64,000 bases of DNA from the NCBI GenBank assembly GCA_964417635.1, contig CAYQIY010000005.1, positions 14,070 through 78,069 on the forward strand. Reading direction: 5' to 3'. A program made the translations under genes and the position numbers. The notes beneath the pieces were generated by a model that had not been told where the DNA came from, did not search any database, and saw nothing but the letters and a program-made list of their open reading frames with translations. The DNA is from an uncultured Pseudomonadota bacterium (GTDB lineage: Bacteria > Bacillota > Sulfobacillia > JAUYEF01). This document shows positions 1 through 10,317 of the stretch, in pieces (the first letter of the stretch is position 1; each line of letters begins with the position of its first letter).

Positions 1-1
1 C

Positions 2-955
2 CAGGATTCGCACGCTGCCCTGCTTTGCGCGGCGAGAAACGCCCGAGAAATGCTTTCAGCTGGCTTCACCACCGTAAGGGACTGCGGGGGAAAGAGCAAT
101 GAAGTGCTCTGCCTTCGCGATTTCATCTCAGCTGGCCAGATGGAAGGCCCGAGAATCATCGGCTGTGGCCAAGCGATTCTGGCGACGGGAGGCCACTTCA
201 CTGGCCGCGTGGCCGATGGGCCATGCGACGTGCGCAAGGCAGCACGCGAGATGGTGCACATGGGAGCCGACTTCATAAAGGTCATGGCTACCGGTGGGCT
301 GGGCAGACCCGGGGAGATGCCGGGAGCACAAGAAATGTTTCTTGATGAACTCACCGAATCTGCGCGAGTGGCGCATGCCCAGAATAGGAGAGTAGCTGCG
401 CACTGCCATGGAGCAGAGGGGATAGCCGACTCGCTGAGAGCCGGCATAGACTCTATCGAGCACGGAACATTCCTCAGCCAAACTGCTGCAGAAATGATGG
501 CAGAAAGAGGCGTGTTCTTGGTACCGACATTCGCCGCTTACAGCATCATATCCGATAGAGGAACAGACGCGGGTCTTGCACCTTATCTTGTGGAGCCTGC
601 AAGACAAGTGCTGGACGCCAAGATGTCTCGGTTTGCGTATGCGCTAAGTGCAGGAGTAAAGATTGCGTACGGCACAGACGCAGGCTCACCTCTCAATCCG
701 CACACAGACGTTTTGACCGAGGCAAAGCAGATGCAAGACGCCGGTATGTCGTCTGTGGATATAGTTGCTGCACTTACCGTTCGGTGTGCTGAACTGTTCG
801 GCGTAGAGACCAGCGTCGGATGCCTGATGCCCGGAAAAGAAGCGGATCTTGTGCTTGTCGAGGGGAATCCGCTCAAGGATTTGACCTCGCTAGCGAGAGT
901 CAGAATGGTACTTAAGCACGGAAAGATTGCCAAGAACCCAGTCAAGGAGGCGTGA
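2..955 (+). CDS. metal-dependent amidohydrolase (COG1228-like), 5' end cut by window edge
   Basis: Frame of ORF 50..955 stays open to nt 2; motifs TVRDCGG, HCHGAEG, GTDAG..NPH typical of amidohydrolase superfamily; 3-nt gap to next gene. Confidence 0.75.
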   Translation, partial: QDSHAALLCAARNAREMLSAGFTTVRDCGGKSNEVLCLRDFISAGQMEGPRIIGCGQAILATGGHFTGRVADGPCDVRKAAREMVHMGADFIKVMATGGLGRPGEMPGAQEMFLDELTESARVAHAQNRRVAAHCHGAEGIADSLRAGIDSIEHGTFLSQTAAEMMAERGVFLVPTFAAYSIISDRGTDAGLAPYLVEPARQVLDAKMSRFAYALSAGVKIAYGTDAGSPLNPHTDVLTEAKQMQDAGMSSVDIVAALTVRCAELFGVETSVGCLMPGKEADLVLVEGNPLKDLTSLARVRMVLKHGKIAKNPVKEA

Positions 956-958
956 GCG

Positions 959-1525
959 GTGGATAGGAGCAATGCTGACCAGAACCAAGCGATCAAGGAA
1001 TACGTCGACGGACTACGGCTTGAAGAGCCTGTGACCAGCGAAGACTTTAGAACTTTTGCTCGTGCGACCATTGGAGACAGGGGTTTGATGGTCTACCTCG
1101 CCTGGAAAGCGCTGAAGAAGCATCACCCAGAGATAGACGCGGAGGCAGTGTTACGCGAGGCGTGTTGGCAGTTCGGTTACATCAAGGGAGAACGTTTTGG
1201 AGACGTGGCCACACCTGCCGAATGGCTGAAGAATCTCTCGTCAAAAGCGGGTGTGCTGGCTTTTGATCAACAGTTTCTTGAGATGAACGACGAGAGAGCT
1301 GTTAAGATGTTTCGGTACTGTCCGCACGTAGAGGCGGCGCGGAGCGCAGGCGCTACGCCCGAAGAGCTCGCGCTGTTTTGCCGTGAGATCCTGATGGCTG
1401 CAGACGTTGGTACCATTGCGCCGTTTGAGGATCTTGAGATCGAGTTTCCGGGTAACACATGCGCTGAAGGCGGGCAGTGCATGATGACCGTAACCAAGAA
1501 GAGAGCGCATGCCGAGCAACCCTGA
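959..1525 (+). CDS. small conserved hypothetical protein (weak resemblance to ATC-hydrolase PF14196-like family)
   Basis: 188-aa ORF co-directional and 3 nt downstream of amidohydrolase; family assignment only from vague motif memory. Confidence 0.45.
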   Translation: MDRSNADQNQAIKEYVDGLRLEEPVTSEDFRTFARATIGDRGLMVYLAWKALKKHHPEIDAEAVLREACWQFGYIKGERFGDVATPAEWLKNLSSKAGVLAFDQQFLEMNDERAVKMFRYCPHVEAARSAGATPEELALFCREILMAADVGTIAPFEDLEIEFPGNTCAEGGQCMMTVTKKRAHAEQP

Positions 1526-1872
1526 CAGCCTCATTGTGGGTCAGGCACACTGAGTTTGTCCAAGAGACTCTGCGCAGTGCACTAGATCTGGAGGAAGCAA
1601 GCGCGTGCGCGCGGAATTCCAGAGCGGGAACCTGAGGCTCACGGAACTGTTCAGATCAAAGTGTTTGCACGCAAGAGCGCTTGCTCAAGCAGTTCAGACA
1701 GGAGGGCTCTAACCCAGTGAACACATCTACCTACGCCAAAGATCTGCTTGCAACAGCCCAAGGATGCATAGAGCAAGGAAGGTATCGCACGGCCACACGG
1801 CTTCTTGAGCAAGCGCTAAGACTAGAGCCCACACAAGAGATAGCGTGTTAGCTCGCGGTCGTAAAGGGTCTC

Positions 1873-4860
1873 TTGGGAGAGCACCTGGGCGTTATCGAGT
1901 GCCTGAAGAGTTGTGCCGAAGCAGATGAGCGTACGCCCGAGGTGAGTGCGCACATGAGCCTGGCACATTCGGCGCTCTCGCAGAGAGAACAAGCGTTCAA
2001 ATACGCTGCCCGTGCAGCATCAGGTTTTGAGTCCAAGGCTAAGTCGTCCGATGTGACTGCTGGCGCCAATCTGTCATCTTGGCTCGCAGAAGCGTCTTCT
2101 GTAATGCGAGCGCTCGGTGCATCCGGGGATCACGAAAAGGTCATGCAAGTCTTTGGTCTTGTACGTGAGAGTGCTGGCCCTGAGCAAATGTTCATAGCAG
2201 GTATTGCTGCGTGGAATCTTGGTGATTTCAAGCGTGCTTCTCAGATATGGAGAGAAGCGAGTGCGCTAAGAACAGATCTCCCAGTAGACCGGTTGGCGGC
2301 TGTTGCAGGCCTGTTGGATAGCGGACTCGTTCCGAACTTTGAACTGGATTACTGCCTGCCGAAAGATGAAGACCTTTTTGAGACGGATGAAGGAGAACAG
2401 GACGAAGACACGGCTCCAGAGTCTGCGACTCTGCATTCCATGGAGTTGGTACGCCGTTTGTATCTTGCTCTCTGCAGACCGAGCGTAGAGCGTGAGCGCC
2501 TGATATGGGAGATGGTTCTGTTCAGCGATAACTGGGGAGAGTCGCTCGCATCCAATTTGCTCAACGCGCCTGACGTGGGGTCTTCGCTGAAGACGGCAGC
2601 TGCGCAAGCTCTACTGCTGGCCGGCAAGATCGAACAGGATGAAGTCATCTGCATGAACTATCGAGGCGAAACACTCAGCGTGAGTCTTGACCGAATTGCA
2701 CTCGTAGAGCGTGACCCTATTTACGAGTCGAGAATGCTGGCGGCATTAGGCCTATTGTTGGAAGACAGGCCGCACGAAGCGCTTGTGGCTTTGGAGGACG
2801 TGGCGCCGCCCGGTGAAGCGTACCTGCCAGCTATGATCAATCGCGCGCGTCTGCTTGCGACCATGGGCTACCGAGACATGGCGAACTCGGTGCTCAAGCA
2901 TCTTGAGGATGCGCTACCGAATGAGCCAACCGTCAAGCAACTTGCGTCTGACCTGGAAGACGCGACACCGCTGCCGTATGGTATCAGTCGTTTCGGTAGA
3001 GATCATCTGAGGGGGCAGGAGGGACCGGCGTTAGAGCAACACATTGCGCTGGCGCAAGCGCTCAAGCGACAGGGATTCAGGTACATAAACGAGTTGTGTG
3101 CAGCGCACGCATTGACTGAAGCCGGTAAGAGACCGGCCAAAGAGCAGGCGCTCATGAAGATACTCTCTTCAGCAGAGCAGATTGCGACCAAACTCAGGGC
3201 TGAGACCGAGGCAGTGCTGAGAGCGGCCGAAAGCGTGTTGGATGCAGGCGGATGGATGAGATTAGACGATCTAGAACGGTTGTACGGACCGCGCGAAAAG
3301 GACGAGATATACAGGTGGTCGCCGAACGAGCAAACCACGCTGGGTCGTTTGGAAAGACTGGGGCTACTATTCAGCGGCCGGCTCTTTGCATCCAAAGATG
3401 ATGTAGCACTCGCCGTAATACCGGTTGATGTACGTGCCCATCTGGCCTCGGCGCTTGCGCTTCTTGGTAGAACCAAAAGGCAAATCGCCGAGCCTGCGCA
3501 CGTGAAAGAGCGCTCACAAGAGATCAACGAGCCAGCCTGTGTGAGGTTGCGACTTGAACTGAAGGACGTTAAGCCTACAGTGTGGAGACTACTTGAGGTG
3601 CCCGGTGACATCACGCTTCACGACCTGCACAAAGTCATTCAGATTGCAGCCGATTGGTCTGACTATCACCTGTACCGCTTCGAGATCTCCGGATTATGTT
3701 ACAGCCTGCCGAATGCTGAAGACAAGTGGCTCGGGATAGAGTGTATCAACTCCAAGAAGACGGTGCTTTCGAGCGTGCTCACAGAGGGTATGAGTTTCGA
3801 GTATGTGTACGACTTTGGAGATAACTGGGTGCACCTGCTGCAAGTGGAGCGTATCCACGTCCTAGAAGAGCCTATGAGTTGTGCAAGTTGTCTTGCGGGA
3901 GAGCGCGCATTTCCGCCCGAGGACGCTGGAGGTCTTCCGGGCTACGCAAGGCTTATGCGCATCTTGGACGATCCAGATCATCCGCAGCACGAAGAGTATA
4001 GCCTTTGGTCACAGGGCTGGGATCCCGACCACTTCAGCAATGCGGCGATAGACAAGCAACTTGCCAAGCTCACGTTGAGCCGTGGCGCAAAGGAATCGCG
4101 CAATAAGCGCAGCGCGAAGCCGAAGAGCAGTTCGCGAGATCTCGATGCACTGGCGGGGGAACCACGTGATTGGGCAGTCTTTGGCGACCCGTATGACGAG
4201 CTCTCCGCTGTGCTCCGGGAGATAGGCTGTACGACTTCGCCCCATACCTATAGAGGGCTCATTCTCGGAAGTTGCATGGCTGATCGAATGGTGCCGCTGA
4301 GTGAGATCATGCGCATCGCGTGGGAAGGCGAAGAATTTGTGTTCGAGTCACAAGAACACGTTATGAGGCTCCTCAGAGTGCTGGCAGCAGAGTGGAATAA
4401 GATTTCCTCATCTGTTCAGTCATGCAAGGTGAGCCTGTGGCCTTTCGGAAAGATCAGATCGAGCGACCATCTGATTCGCTATGCTGCCGCTCGAAAAGAT
4501 GAGATATCTGGTTTCTTGCACACATTTGAGATGGGTTCTGCGGAGTCTGGCCTCACGAACGTTGCCAAGGTATTGATTCCTAGGCTGCAAACTGTGCTTG
4601 ACTCGGTACTCAGGCTGCTCGAACACCTGCAATCATCCAAAGGTCGCGTAACGGGCTTGAGTGTGCTTGAAGATGAATTTCGGAAGATGGACCAAGTGGT
4701 CGAAAACACGCTGAACTTCATGGCAGCAGACCAAGAATTCCGGCGAACGCAGTCGGCGGTAGCAAAGAGCGGTCAAGCATCGAAAACACGCGTGGGACGC
4801 AATGAGCCTTGTCCATGCGGAAGCGGCAAGAAGTACAAACACTGCTGCGGAACAGCATGA
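1873..4860 (+). CDS. large multidomain protein: N-terminal TPR-like helices, PRiA4_ORF3 (PF07929-like) domain, C-terminal SEC-C metal-binding motif
   Basis: RLRLELKDVKPTVWRLLEVPGDITLHDLHKVIQIAADWSDYHLYRFEI and FEYVYDFGDNWVHLLQVERI match PRiA4_ORF3 signature; C-terminus NEPCPCGSGKKYKHCCG is a SEC-C motif; TTG start at 1873; in-frame TPR-like extension from GTG 1717 interrupted by TAG at 1849-1851. Confidence 0.7.
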   Translation: MGEHLGVIECLKSCAEADERTPEVSAHMSLAHSALSQREQAFKYAARAASGFESKAKSSDVTAGANLSSWLAEASSVMRALGASGDHEKVMQVFGLVRESAGPEQMFIAGIAAWNLGDFKRASQIWREASALRTDLPVDRLAAVAGLLDSGLVPNFELDYCLPKDEDLFETDEGEQDEDTAPESATLHSMELVRRLYLALCRPSVERERLIWEMVLFSDNWGESLASNLLNAPDVGSSLKTAAAQALLLAGKIEQDEVICMNYRGETLSVSLDRIALVERDPIYESRMLAALGLLLEDRPHEALVALEDVAPPGEAYLPAMINRARLLATMGYRDMANSVLKHLEDALPNEPTVKQLASDLEDATPLPYGISRFGRDHLRGQEGPALEQHIALAQALKRQGFRYINELCAAHALTEAGKRPAKEQALMKILSSAEQIATKLRAETEAVLRAAESVLDAGGWMRLDDLERLYGPREKDEIYRWSPNEQTTLGRLERLGLLFSGRLFASKDDVALAVIPVDVRAHLASALALLGRTKRQIAEPAHVKERSQEINEPACVRLRLELKDVKPTVWRLLEVPGDITLHDLHKVIQIAADWSDYHLYRFEISGLCYSLPNAEDKWLGIECINSKKTVLSSVLTEGMSFEYVYDFGDNWVHLLQVERIHVLEEPMSCASCLAGERAFPPEDAGGLPGYARLMRILDDPDHPQHEEYSLWSQGWDPDHFSNAAIDKQLAKLTLSRGAKESRNKRSAKPKSSSRDLDALAGEPRDWAVFGDPYDELSAVLREIGCTTSPHTYRGLILGSCMADRMVPLSEIMRIAWEGEEFVFESQEHVMRLLRVLAAEWNKISSSVQSCKVSLWPFGKIRSSDHLIRYAAARKDEISGFLHTFEMGSAESGLTNVAKVLIPRLQTVLDSVLRLLEHLQSSKGRVTGLSVLEDEFRKMDQVVENTLNFMAADQEFRRTQSAVAKSGQASKTRVGRNEPCPCGSGKKYKHCCGTA

Positions 4861-5008
4861 GGCGAAGCGGCGCATCTCTGGCTGCGACGCTCATGCGTGG
4901 GATGCACGAGCAGAGACGATACTTTCAAGAAGAGGCCGCAGCATGTTTGCCGCAGCCTCTCGGAATTCGGATCGGAAAGAGGGTAACTCTGAGCCAGTAG
5001 CGCGCTGT

Positions 5009-6448
5009 CTAGTGTTTTGGCAGCTGATCTAGTGGCGGTTTGGCCTCTTTCGGCATCTTGCAGACGTAGGGTTTGCCTGCAGTTGCAGTGTTGAACTCTT
5101 CGCGCGCCTTCTCAAGCACATCTGGGCTCTGCAGCAGTCTGCTTCCCGCAATCGCCATGCTCTTTGCTGCGAGAACCAGACCCTTGTGCGCTATGCTATG
5201 ACCGCTTGTGGCAACCACCTGCCATGCGTGGAAAGCCGCGCCAAGCGGAGCGCAGCAAGTGGTAATCTGTGCTGTGGGGGTTATCCAGCTCACATCAGAG
5301 ACGTCAGTCGAGCCGGCAAGCAACCTGCCCCTGTCGTAGGGCGGAGTGATCTGGTCGTCAAGGTACTTGTCGAAAAGGTTCATGGGTATGCCCCATGTGC
5401 GGAATACAGTTTCTTTCTGGCCGGGAGCGAAAGTATCGGTCAGCTCTTTAGCAAACTGGATCTCTTCTTCCGTCCACACTGGCGGGCCCACTTCTTGCAT
5501 CGCCTCATACATCAAGTCTGTCAACACCGTATTCGGCAGCATGTTGTAACAGGCCACGAGGATTTCCATCTTCATTTCGGTTTCGGTCATAAGTGCTGCG
5601 CCTTGTGCTATCTTGACTACGCGCTCGAAGATGTGGTCGACGTCTTCACGTCTTGGAGCTCTGACGTAATACCACGATTGAGCTTCGGCTGGCACAACGT
5701 TGGGCTCGCCGCCGCCCTTGGTTATGACGTAATGGATGCGTGCGTCAGAAATGACGTGTTCGCGGAGGAAGTTCACTCCTACGTTCATCAACTCTACCGC
5801 GTCAAGCGCGCTACGGCCTTGCTCAGGGTTGCCGGCCGCGTGTGCCGAACGTCCGTAGAACGTGAACTTCACCGAGTTCATTGCGTTCGAGGTGGAATAC
5901 CAACCCGTGTTGAACATCATCGGATGCCACGTGAGCGCACAGTCAAGATCGTCGAACAGACCGTCTCTTGCCATAAACACCTTGCCCACCAGAGTCTCTT
6001 CGGCAGGACAGCCGTAGAAGACTATGGTGCCCTTAAGCTTCTTTTCCTCCATCTCCTGCTTGAGGCCGATTACCGTGCCTAGCACTGCTGCGCCATACGT
6101 GTTGTGACCACAGCCATGACCCGGTGCGTCTTCTTTCACAGGTTCTTTCTTCGTAGACACTTTCTGGCTCAGATGCGGTAGAGCGTCGTACTCGGCGAGA
6201 AACCCGATCTTGGGCCTTCCTTCTCCCCAGGTTGCCACAAACGCGCTCGGCATCCCCGCCACAGCACGTTCAACCTTGAAGCCGGATTTCTCGAGTTCTT
6301 GAGCAAGCAACTCAGCAGACTTGAACTCCTGTAGACCTACTTCAGCGAATTCCCATATCTTATCGTTGATCTCGGCAAGGTATGCTTTGTTGTCTTCTAT
6401 CCACTTGGACGCAATCTTACCTCCCACTTCGTTCATCCTCCTGATCAT
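5009..6448 (-). CDS. M20 family amidohydrolase (AbgB / aminobenzoyl-glutamate hydrolase-like)
   Basis: GHGCGHNTYGAAVLG metal-binding motif, CPAEE; alternative GTG start at 6427 has better AGGAGG spacing. Confidence 0.8.
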   Translation of the reverse strand: MIRRMNEVGGKIASKWIEDNKAYLAEINDKIWEFAEVGLQEFKSAELLAQELEKSGFKVERAVAGMPSAFVATWGEGRPKIGFLAEYDALPHLSQKVSTKKEPVKEDAPGHGCGHNTYGAAVLGTVIGLKQEMEEKKLKGTIVFYGCPAEETLVGKVFMARDGLFDDLDCALTWHPMMFNTGWYSTSNAMNSVKFTFYGRSAHAAGNPEQGRSALDAVELMNVGVNFLREHVISDARIHYVITKGGGEPNVVPAEAQSWYYVRAPRREDVDHIFERVVKIAQGAALMTETEMKMEILVACYNMLPNTVLTDLMYEAMQEVGPPVWTEEEIQFAKELTDTFAPGQKETVFRTWGIPMNLFDKYLDDQITPPYDRGRLLAGSTDVSDVSWITPTAQITTCCAPLGAAFHAWQVVATSGHSIAHKGLVLAAKSMAIAGSRLLQSPDVLEKAREEFNTATAGKPYVCKMPKEAKPPLDQLPKH

Positions 6449-6778
6449 TAGGATTTTGGTACCATGGGACTATTGCTCTAGTTCCGCGAAAATCTGAGAA
6501 TTTCCTCTATACAAAATAACAATAATAGCCGCACGAAATATACGCGTCACGGAACAGCGTAACCGGGGGCTTAGTTGCAGGTTGCTAGGTATGGATATAG
6601 GTTTCGAAATGGTGTGAAGACAGGCTGAACGCAGCATCGAGATGGTGTTAGAATGAACGCTAACAGAAGATAACGCTATGATGAGAAGAGTAGGTCTACC
6701 ACACTGTAGGTGGAAGTAGGCGGAGACATCAGAACGTCTGAGCAACCCGACGGGAACACGGCGGGCTCGACGAATCTG

Positions 6779-7636
6779 TTACCTGTCTCTGTACATTGTG
6801 GGGTCGAGTGCGTCGCGCAACCCGTCGCCGAAAAGATTCAGAGAGAGTACTGTGAGCATTATTGCAAGACCAGGAAAGGTGGTAACCCACCATGCAACAC
6901 GCATGTGGGGTCTTCCGCTTGCGAGTGTCGTGCCCCAACTCGGAATCTCGGGTGGTACCCCTGCACCAAGAAAACTGAGGCTTGCTTCGGCCAGAATTGA
7001 CGAAGCCACGTAAAGGGTAGCCTGGACTATGATGGGCGCGACGCAATTGGGCAAGATGTGTCGCCACATTATTCTCGGGACAGAGGCTCCTTGCGCAACG
7101 GCTGCCTGCACAAAGTCTCTTTCTCGCACACTCAACACAGCGGAGCGCACGACCCTGGCGAATCTCGGAGCTTGGCTTACCGAGAGTGCTATAATTACGT
7201 TTGAGACTCTGGCCCCAAGCGCAGCCATGATGCCTATTGCGAGCACAATACCTGGAAACGCCATAAGGCCGTCGGCAACTCTCATGAGAATCTTATCGAA
7301 TCGTGGAAGATATCCGGCTGCTAACCCCGCTGCGATTCCGACCGCAGCGCTTACGCTCACAACAGAAACTCCTATGAACAGCGATAGGCGCGTTCCATAT
7401 AGCACGCGAGAGAACACATCGCGCCCGAGACGATCGGTGCCGAAAAGGTGCTCACGCGATGGCGGAAGTAGTCTCTTGGATCCACTTATAAGATAAGGGT
7501 CGTGAGGCGCAATCAGTGGAGCCAGAATCCCCACAACTACCAAGATGGTGAGCAGTATGCCGCCCGTTGTCGCCATCTTGTTGCGCCGTATTATGCGGAT
7601 AAAGGTTCTAGCTTGCTCAAGAGTGTTAGGCTGCAT
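6779..7636 (-). CDS. ABC transporter permease, DppC/OppC-like (peptide/nickel family)
   Basis: 6 TM, EAA-like loop, typical OppC C-terminus. Confidence 0.85.
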   Translation of the reverse strand: MQPNTLEQARTFIRIIRRNKMATTGGILLTILVVVGILAPLIAPHDPYLISGSKRLLPPSREHLFGTDRLGRDVFSRVLYGTRLSLFIGVSVVSVSAAVGIAAGLAAGYLPRFDKILMRVADGLMAFPGIVLAIGIMAALGARVSNVIIALSVSQAPRFARVVRSAVLSVRERDFVQAAVAQGASVPRIMWRHILPNCVAPIIVQATLYVASSILAEASLSFLGAGVPPEIPSWGTTLASGRPHMRVAWWVTTFPGLAIMLTVLSLNLFGDGLRDALDPTMYRDR

Positions 7637-7646
7637 CGTGTCCTCC

Positions 7647-8621
7647 TCAACTGTACCTTATCCGAGGATCAATAACTGCATATGTCAAATCAACAATCAG
7701 GTTGATGATAACGTACACAAATGCTATGAACAGCACCACACCTTGAAGGGCAGGGTAATCCCTTCGCGCAACCGAGTATATTAGAAGCATTCCGATGCCA
7801 GGGATGTTGAACACCTGTTCAGTTACTACAGCACCGCCCATCAAGCCAGCAACCGAAAATCCGATGACTGTTATCGTGGGGATGAACGCGTTTCTCAAGG
7901 CATGTTTGTATATCACCCTGCGCTCAGAAAGCCCTTTTGCCCTAGCGGTTCGCACGTAGTCCTGTCGTAGCACTTCAAGCAAATTTGCGCGCGACATACG
8001 CGCGATCGAGGCCGCAGAACTGAATCCAAGCGTGAATCCGGGTAGAATGAGAGTCCTTAACGTTGGCCAGAACCCGGGAGCCTCTAAGACGGCCACGTAT
8101 CCGGATATCGGAAATACTCCCAAAACAAGCGCAAAGAGCAATATGAGGTTTAAGCCAAGCCAGAAGTTCGGCATTGCCACTCCGAGCAGTGCAACACCCA
8201 TTGCCACGTGATCCAGCAGCTTGTTGTGATATACAGCTGCCATGGTACCCAAGGGCACTCCACATCCGATCGAAAAGCACAAAGCCATTGCAGAGAGAAG
8301 TACTGTTGGCTCGAGTCGGTCAGCAATTGCCTGTCTGACAGGCACCTTATGAAATAGCGATGAACCCATGTCGCCCTTGACCAACCGACCCAGCCAGCTC
8401 AAATACTGGACGGGTAACGGCCTATCGAGACCGAGTTCAGAGCGTAGTTGCAGCAGCTGCTCCTGGGTTGCATCTTCGCCTAGGATCATAATGGTCGGAT
8501 CACCCGGAGTCATGTGTATGATGAAAAACACTATGGTTGCTACTATAAGCATTACGGGCAGCACGTATAAGAGTCTGCGTAGCGCGTATGCGGTCAACGA
8601 GCTCACCTCGATTGGCTGCAC
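7647..8621 (-). CDS. ABC transporter permease, DppB/OppB-like
   Basis: BPD_transp_1-type permease, 10-nt gap to downstream permease. Confidence 0.85.
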   Translation of the reverse strand: MQPIEVSSLTAYALRRLLYVLPVMLIVATIVFFIIHMTPGDPTIMILGEDATQEQLLQLRSELGLDRPLPVQYLSWLGRLVKGDMGSSLFHKVPVRQAIADRLEPTVLLSAMALCFSIGCGVPLGTMAAVYHNKLLDHVAMGVALLGVAMPNFWLGLNLILLFALVLGVFPISGYVAVLEAPGFWPTLRTLILPGFTLGFSSAASIARMSRANLLEVLRQDYVRTARAKGLSERRVIYKHALRNAFIPTITVIGFSVAGLMGGAVVTEQVFNIPGIGMLLIYSVARRDYPALQGVVLFIAFVYVIINLIVDLTYAVIDPRIRYS

Positions 8622-8658
8622 CGGCAGGCGCAGTTTCGCCTACCGGTGCAGAACTGGC

Positions 8659-10260
8659 TCAGTCAGATAACCATACGTTCCAGAATATCGGGTCGGGCAT
8701 GTTGGTGTAGCCTTTTAACTTGTTGCTCAACACGTTTAGATGCGCGTAATCCCACAATCGTGCAGCCGGTACGTCTTCCCAGAATATTGCCTGCATCTCT
8801 TCCCAGATTGCGTAGCGTTTGTCAAAATCGCTCTCTCTGTTGAGTTCGGTCATCAACCGGGAGATGTCTTCGTTCTCCCACCAGCCAGGCCACGTCGGTG
8901 TGAAGATGATCATCTGTGTCGGATCGGTTCGGTACGTGTTCTCAGACGAGAAGATGTCCATTAACTCAGGTTTTGCGCGTCTTTCGGTAAGCGTAGGCCA
9001 GTCTACTATCTGTATGTCAAATTTGAATCCGAGAGGCTCCAGCTGCTGCTGGACTGCAAGAGCAACGTCATGTCGGCTGCCCTCTGTCACAAGCCACCTA
9101 ATCGGTTCGCCAGCATACCCAGACTGGGAAAGCAGCTCTTTGGCACGCTCAAGATTGTGCTCATTGTACTTCTCGCTTCCGGATTCACTGAACCACACCG
9201 ATTCTTTGGGCATCAATGACGGCTGCAACTGGCCCAATGGGCCGGGGCCAGCAACCAAGATGAGCTCGTCTAGGTCGAGCGCTGCGACAAAGGCCTGGCG
9301 TACCAGCTTGTTGCTCATCACACCCTGCTTCTTGTTGAAGACGTTCAGCACAAACCCCTTAAACGGGGTTACAACAGGCTCAATACCGGGTGCATTGTCT
9401 ATGAGATCGTATTGATCTCCCGGAACGCTGCGCCCAAAATGGTAGTCTCCCGACTGCACGCCCGCGATTCTCACATTAGAGTCGAGCACTGGAACGAACA
9501 CAATTTCGTCAAAATACGCGACCTTTTTACCTGCATAGCCGCGAGGAACGTCGTCATCGCGACCCACGCAGTCCTCGAACCTTGAGAGTTTGATCCAGCG
9601 GTCAGGAAGGTTCTCCACGAACCTGTACGGTCCAGTGCCGATAGGATGAGTTATCTCATTTCCTTCACCAACGCTGTCTAAGAGGCTTTTCGGGTATATC
9701 CCGCCTCCCTGATTCGGCATGCCAAGTATGGGGATCAATGTACCGAGTTCGTGTTTGAGTCTGAATGTCACGACGTACTTGCCGGTGGCTTCAATACTCT
9801 CAAGCGAATTTGCGAGTCCCCTGGCCACCGAACCTCGGGTCATCCATCTTTCTAGCGAAGCCACGACGTCTTCGGATGTCATCTCCTCGCCGTTGTGGAA
9901 CTTGACGCCTTCTCTTAAGTGGATGACGTATGTTAGGCCGTCATCGCTCACCGTGTAACGGTCTGCAAGCATGGGAAACATTTCATAGTTTTCGTCATGG
10001 CCAAACAGAGTCTCTACGACGTGTGTACCAATAATCATCGTGCTGACTGAGGTGCTCCAGTGCATGTCCACAGATGGCGGCACCTCATTATGTGCTACTC
10101 TAAGCACACCGCCCATCACCGGTTCTGCTGTATCCGTGGTAGGTGGAGCCGGCGCGGCCGGCTGAGGATCCTGAGGACTGCCGCATGCTGACAAGAGCGC
10201 CATCACTATTACCAGCATGCAGATAAACGGCAGACTCGCCCTTTTCTGAGATCTACTCAT
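8659..10260 (-). CDS. ABC transporter substrate-binding lipoprotein, family 5 (peptide/nickel)
   Basis: Signal peptide with lipobox LLSACGS, SBP_bac_5 architecture. Confidence 0.85.
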   Translation of the reverse strand: MSRSQKRASLPFICMLVIVMALLSACGSPQDPQPAAPAPPTTDTAEPVMGGVLRVAHNEVPPSVDMHWSTSVSTMIIGTHVVETLFGHDENYEMFPMLADRYTVSDDGLTYVIHLREGVKFHNGEEMTSEDVVASLERWMTRGSVARGLANSLESIEATGKYVVTFRLKHELGTLIPILGMPNQGGGIYPKSLLDSVGEGNEITHPIGTGPYRFVENLPDRWIKLSRFEDCVGRDDDVPRGYAGKKVAYFDEIVFVPVLDSNVRIAGVQSGDYHFGRSVPGDQYDLIDNAPGIEPVVTPFKGFVLNVFNKKQGVMSNKLVRQAFVAALDLDELILVAGPGPLGQLQPSLMPKESVWFSESGSEKYNEHNLERAKELLSQSGYAGEPIRWLVTEGSRHDVALAVQQQLEPLGFKFDIQIVDWPTLTERRAKPELMDIFSSENTYRTDPTQMIIFTPTWPGWWENEDISRLMTELNRESDFDKRYAIWEEMQAIFWEDVPAARLWDYAHLNVLSNKLKGYTNMPDPIFWNVWLSD

Positions 10261-10317
10261 TCTCTTGCCTCCTGTTCATTTTGGAAATCTCAATCAAACA
10301 TACGTCCAAATCTGGTG

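Noticed and set aside
4861-5008. Terminator between convergent genes at 4860/5009
   Set aside because: GAGGC...GCCTC flanks a direct rather than inverted repeat (GCCGCAGC twice), so no convincing hairpin forms.
5186-6082. Long antisense or alternative-frame ORFs inside well-supported genes (e.g. 5186..6082 +, 36351..37286 +, 3003..3614 -, 24085..24705 -, 61014..61598 -)
   Set aside because: They lie opposite or out of frame to genes with clear family signatures, have no RBS and give low-complexity Ala/Arg/Ser-rich translations typical of high-GC shadow ORFs.
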